32,000 bases of DNA, taken from contig CBDDBN010000025.1 of assembly GCA_965225735.1 (NCBI GenBank), forward strand, positions 169,963 to 201,962, written 5' to 3'. Made by a program: the position numbers and the translations under genes. This document shows, one piece after another, positions 30,137 through 32,000 of the stretch (position 1 is the stretch's first letter; every line of letters begins with the position of its first letter). The notes under the pieces are model-generated. The model was given only the letters and a program-made list of their open reading frames with translations. It searched no databases and was not told where the DNA came from. The DNA comes from Denitrobaculum sp. (lineage in GTDB: Bacteria > Pseudomonadota > Alphaproteobacteria > Kiloniellales > Kiloniellaceae).

Positions 30137-30718
30137 ATGACCAGAAAAATACTCGGCCACTATCTTGCACTTGGTGTCATGCTGATCGCCATACAGTCTG
30201 CCAGCGCGGCGGAGAGCGGTGATAAGAGCGACTTACTGTTGCTCGAGAAATTCATAACCAACGCAAAGGGTGTTCATTTTTATACTATTTTCACACCGAA
30301 CTCCAAATGTCGTAAGATGAAGGTGGTCGAGCACACCCCCGGCGATAACGTCAGGTTTTCAGTCACCAATGGAAATTCGGAAGGTTATTTCGGCGTCGGC
30401 GGCCGCAATGGCTATACCACCTATTTTCCAACCGTAACGGATGTAGAGAGATCCGGAACGATCAGCGACTCAAGAGCGATTCAGTGCGCCAAGTTTCCAG
30501 ACTATCGGAAAGCCGCGTACTCGAAGTCGATTAAGACCAAGGAGGGCATCCCCTTCGTATGGGTATTTAAAAACGTCCAAGGCTTTTGTTTGCGAAAGTC
30601 TGTGCTTCCCGGCTGCAGGGTCTCGTGCTTGCAGCGCGTGCCAGAGCAGAGGGATGTTTTTGCCATCGCGATGACAAAGGAGGTCGCGGAAAAAGTCTCC
30701 GGTGGGCAGTGCTACTGA
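30137..30718 (+). CDS. Predicted secreted protein of unknown function, Cys-containing
   Basis: 193 aa with signal peptide (MTRKILGHYLALGVMLIAIQSASAAES) and 6 cysteines, mostly in the C-terminal third (FCLRKSVLPGCRVSCLQRV...GGQCY). Confidence 0.6.
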   Translation: MTRKILGHYLALGVMLIAIQSASAAESGDKSDLLLLEKFITNAKGVHFYTIFTPNSKCRKMKVVEHTPGDNVRFSVTNGNSEGYFGVGGRNGYTTYFPTVTDVERSGTISDSRAIQCAKFPDYRKAAYSKSIKTKEGIPFVWVFKNVQGFCLRKSVLPGCRVSCLQRVPEQRDVFAIAMTKEVAEKVSGGQCY

Positions 30719-30887
30719 ACAAGAGGCGGCATACATTCGTCCTACCAAGCCGCGTACGACCCGATCGGCCTTAGCTTCTTCAGAAAGACCGATCGGGTCA
30801 GATTCAGTTTTGTGAATCAAATCGACAACCGACGCACAGCTTTGAACCTGCCCTCAGCTTCAGACCTCTGCGAACCCAATACATCGC

Positions 30888-31412
30888 TTAATGTCGGACG
30901 ATTTTATAGGTTTTATCAGAGAGGATCCACTGATTGGCTGTGTCGGGATAAAGATCGCCACCCTCGGCGCCTAGCTTTTTGTAAAAGGCCTCCGCTTCAT
31001 CATCGAGGGGTGCAAATGTTATGTGCCCCTTTTTCGCTTGATCTAACTCACAAGAACGTCTGACGGCCTCTTGGACCAAAGCCTGCCCGACACCGTTTCT
31101 TCGCGCGCTCGGCATGACCAATACACCGATGATCTTGTTTTCGCTCATTGCAAGCACGCCGGCCAGTTTTCCGTTCAACCGGTACAAACACAAGAAATCT
31201 ACCGCATCGGCTTCCATGTAGATGAGTCCCGCAACCTTTACGACTTTAGGGTCCTGCAGGTCCTCTGGGTTTTCATTGATTCTGCTTTCTATAAAATCGT
31301 ATGTCTTCCTGGATCGCGAGTCGGTCTTGGTTAAGATGCGGAAAAACGGCGCACCATTGATCCAATTGGGATCCCACTTTTTAAGTCTCTCAATATCATC
31401 TAAATCGGACAT
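30888..31412 (-). CDS. GNAT-family N-acetyltransferase
   Basis: LAGVLAMSENKIIGVLVMPSARRNGVGQALVQEAVRRSCELDQAKKGHITFAPLDDEAEAFYKKLGAE has GNAT motif A (VxPxxRxxGxGxxLV) and the typical C-terminal AxxFYxKLGF-like motif. Confidence 0.82.
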   Translation of the reverse strand: MSDLDDIERLKKWDPNWINGAPFFRILTKTDSRSRKTYDFIESRINENPEDLQDPKVVKVAGLIYMEADAVDFLCLYRLNGKLAGVLAMSENKIIGVLVMPSARRNGVGQALVQEAVRRSCELDQAKKGHITFAPLDDEAEAFYKKLGAEGGDLYPDTANQWILSDKTYKIVRH

Positions 31413-31743
31413 CTCAAATTCTCCAATATTGAAAATACATCCCTTCGACTGAGATTAATCCTGTAGTAGAGGCAAGTGACCGTCCGGAAAATCAGATGGA
31501 TACTTTACCAGTTCGACTGCGAATGCAGCGTAACACTAGCCGCGAAGTTCGTCGACGCGAGTGACCTTGCGATTGATTTTAGCCCGAGAGTGAAATTACA
31601 AAGGCAGTTCTGCGAGAGCCTTAGAAGTTCCGGCGGCACGACACACAAGCTCTGGACCTCATCCTGTTGGAATCTTAAGAGGCAGGCCGTAACTTGTACG
31701 TCATTTCTCGACGACACTCCCCCTCCCGGCCCTTCAGTGAGGG

Positions 31744-31780
31744 CTCACTCAAATTTGAGTCCGCACCACAGATTTCCCTC
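31744..31780. repeat. Copy 1 of a diverged ~37-bp direct repeat, containing a 14-bp palindrome
   Basis: CTCACTCAAATTTGAGTCCGCACCACAGATTTCCCTC, 30/37 identical to copy 2 by manual alignment. ACTCAAATTTGAGT (31747-31760) is a perfect palindrome. Confidence 0.7.
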
Positions 31781-31924
31781 AACCAAGAGGCTGAGATCGT
31801 TCCTGTGCGTTTGACTTCATCACCGGGATTAGGTCGCAAACGGCTTGCAAAGAAAACCGGAATCTTCATTCAATATCAATATTTTAATCACTCTCCAACC
31901 TAAGCCCCTTCGGCTCACTGTCTC

Positions 31925-31961
31925 CTCACTCCATTTTGAGCGGGCACCACAGATTTCCTCC
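31925..31961. repeat. Copy 2 of the ~37-bp direct repeat
   Basis: CTCACTCCATTTTGAGCGGGCACCACAGATTTCCTCC, sharing the exact 15-mer GCACCACAGATTTCC with copy 1, offset 181 bp. Confidence 0.7.
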
Positions 31962-32000
31962 ATCTTTGACACTTACATCGTCACTGAGCGGGAGGCTGTT

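Noticed and set aside
31476-31903. Plus-strand ORFs 31476..31814 and 31694..31903 as real genes
   Set aside because: No motifs and no convincing start context. They span the 37-bp repeat motif, so they are more likely chance ORFs or remnants.

Overview
This 32-kb window looks like an alphaproteobacterial chromosome segment; that assignment is inferred from gene content and style only. From about 1 to 23 kb it is GC-rich and densely coded. In order it carries: an ArsR-type regulator (cut by the window edge) divergent from a LysE-type exporter; a SnoaL-like protein; a chromate-resistance pair (ChrA plus a rhodanese-ChrB fusion); a serine hydrolase; a spermidine/putrescine-like ABC importer with an Asp/Glu-hydantoin racemase-like enzyme and a divergent GntR regulator; a phosphite/phosphonate locus (PhnC/PtxA, PhnD/PtxB and PhnE/PtxC divergent from a PtxD-like dehydrogenase and a LysR/PtxE-like regulator); and a late cobalamin-synthesis cluster (cobU/cobP, cobW, cobN, cobO). 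At 23.16 kb lies a very unusual secreted His/Lys/Gly/Phe repeat protein, preceded by a hairpin-rich divergent intergenic region. From about 23.9 kb onward the sequence becomes more AT-rich and accessory-like. That part contains a 936-aa orphan lipoprotein, a degenerate cold-shock-domain-like small protein immediately downstream, an IS110-family transposase, a GST pseudogene with an in-frame stop, a Cys-containing secreted orphan, a GNAT acetyltransferase, and repeated motifs at the right edge that may be IS ends. The best candidates for follow-up are the KFGH-repeat protein with its 24-aa duplication (18 of 24 codons differ synonymously), the orphan lipoprotein plus CSD-like pair, and the split-orientation phosphite locus. 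No family assignment was verified by database search.
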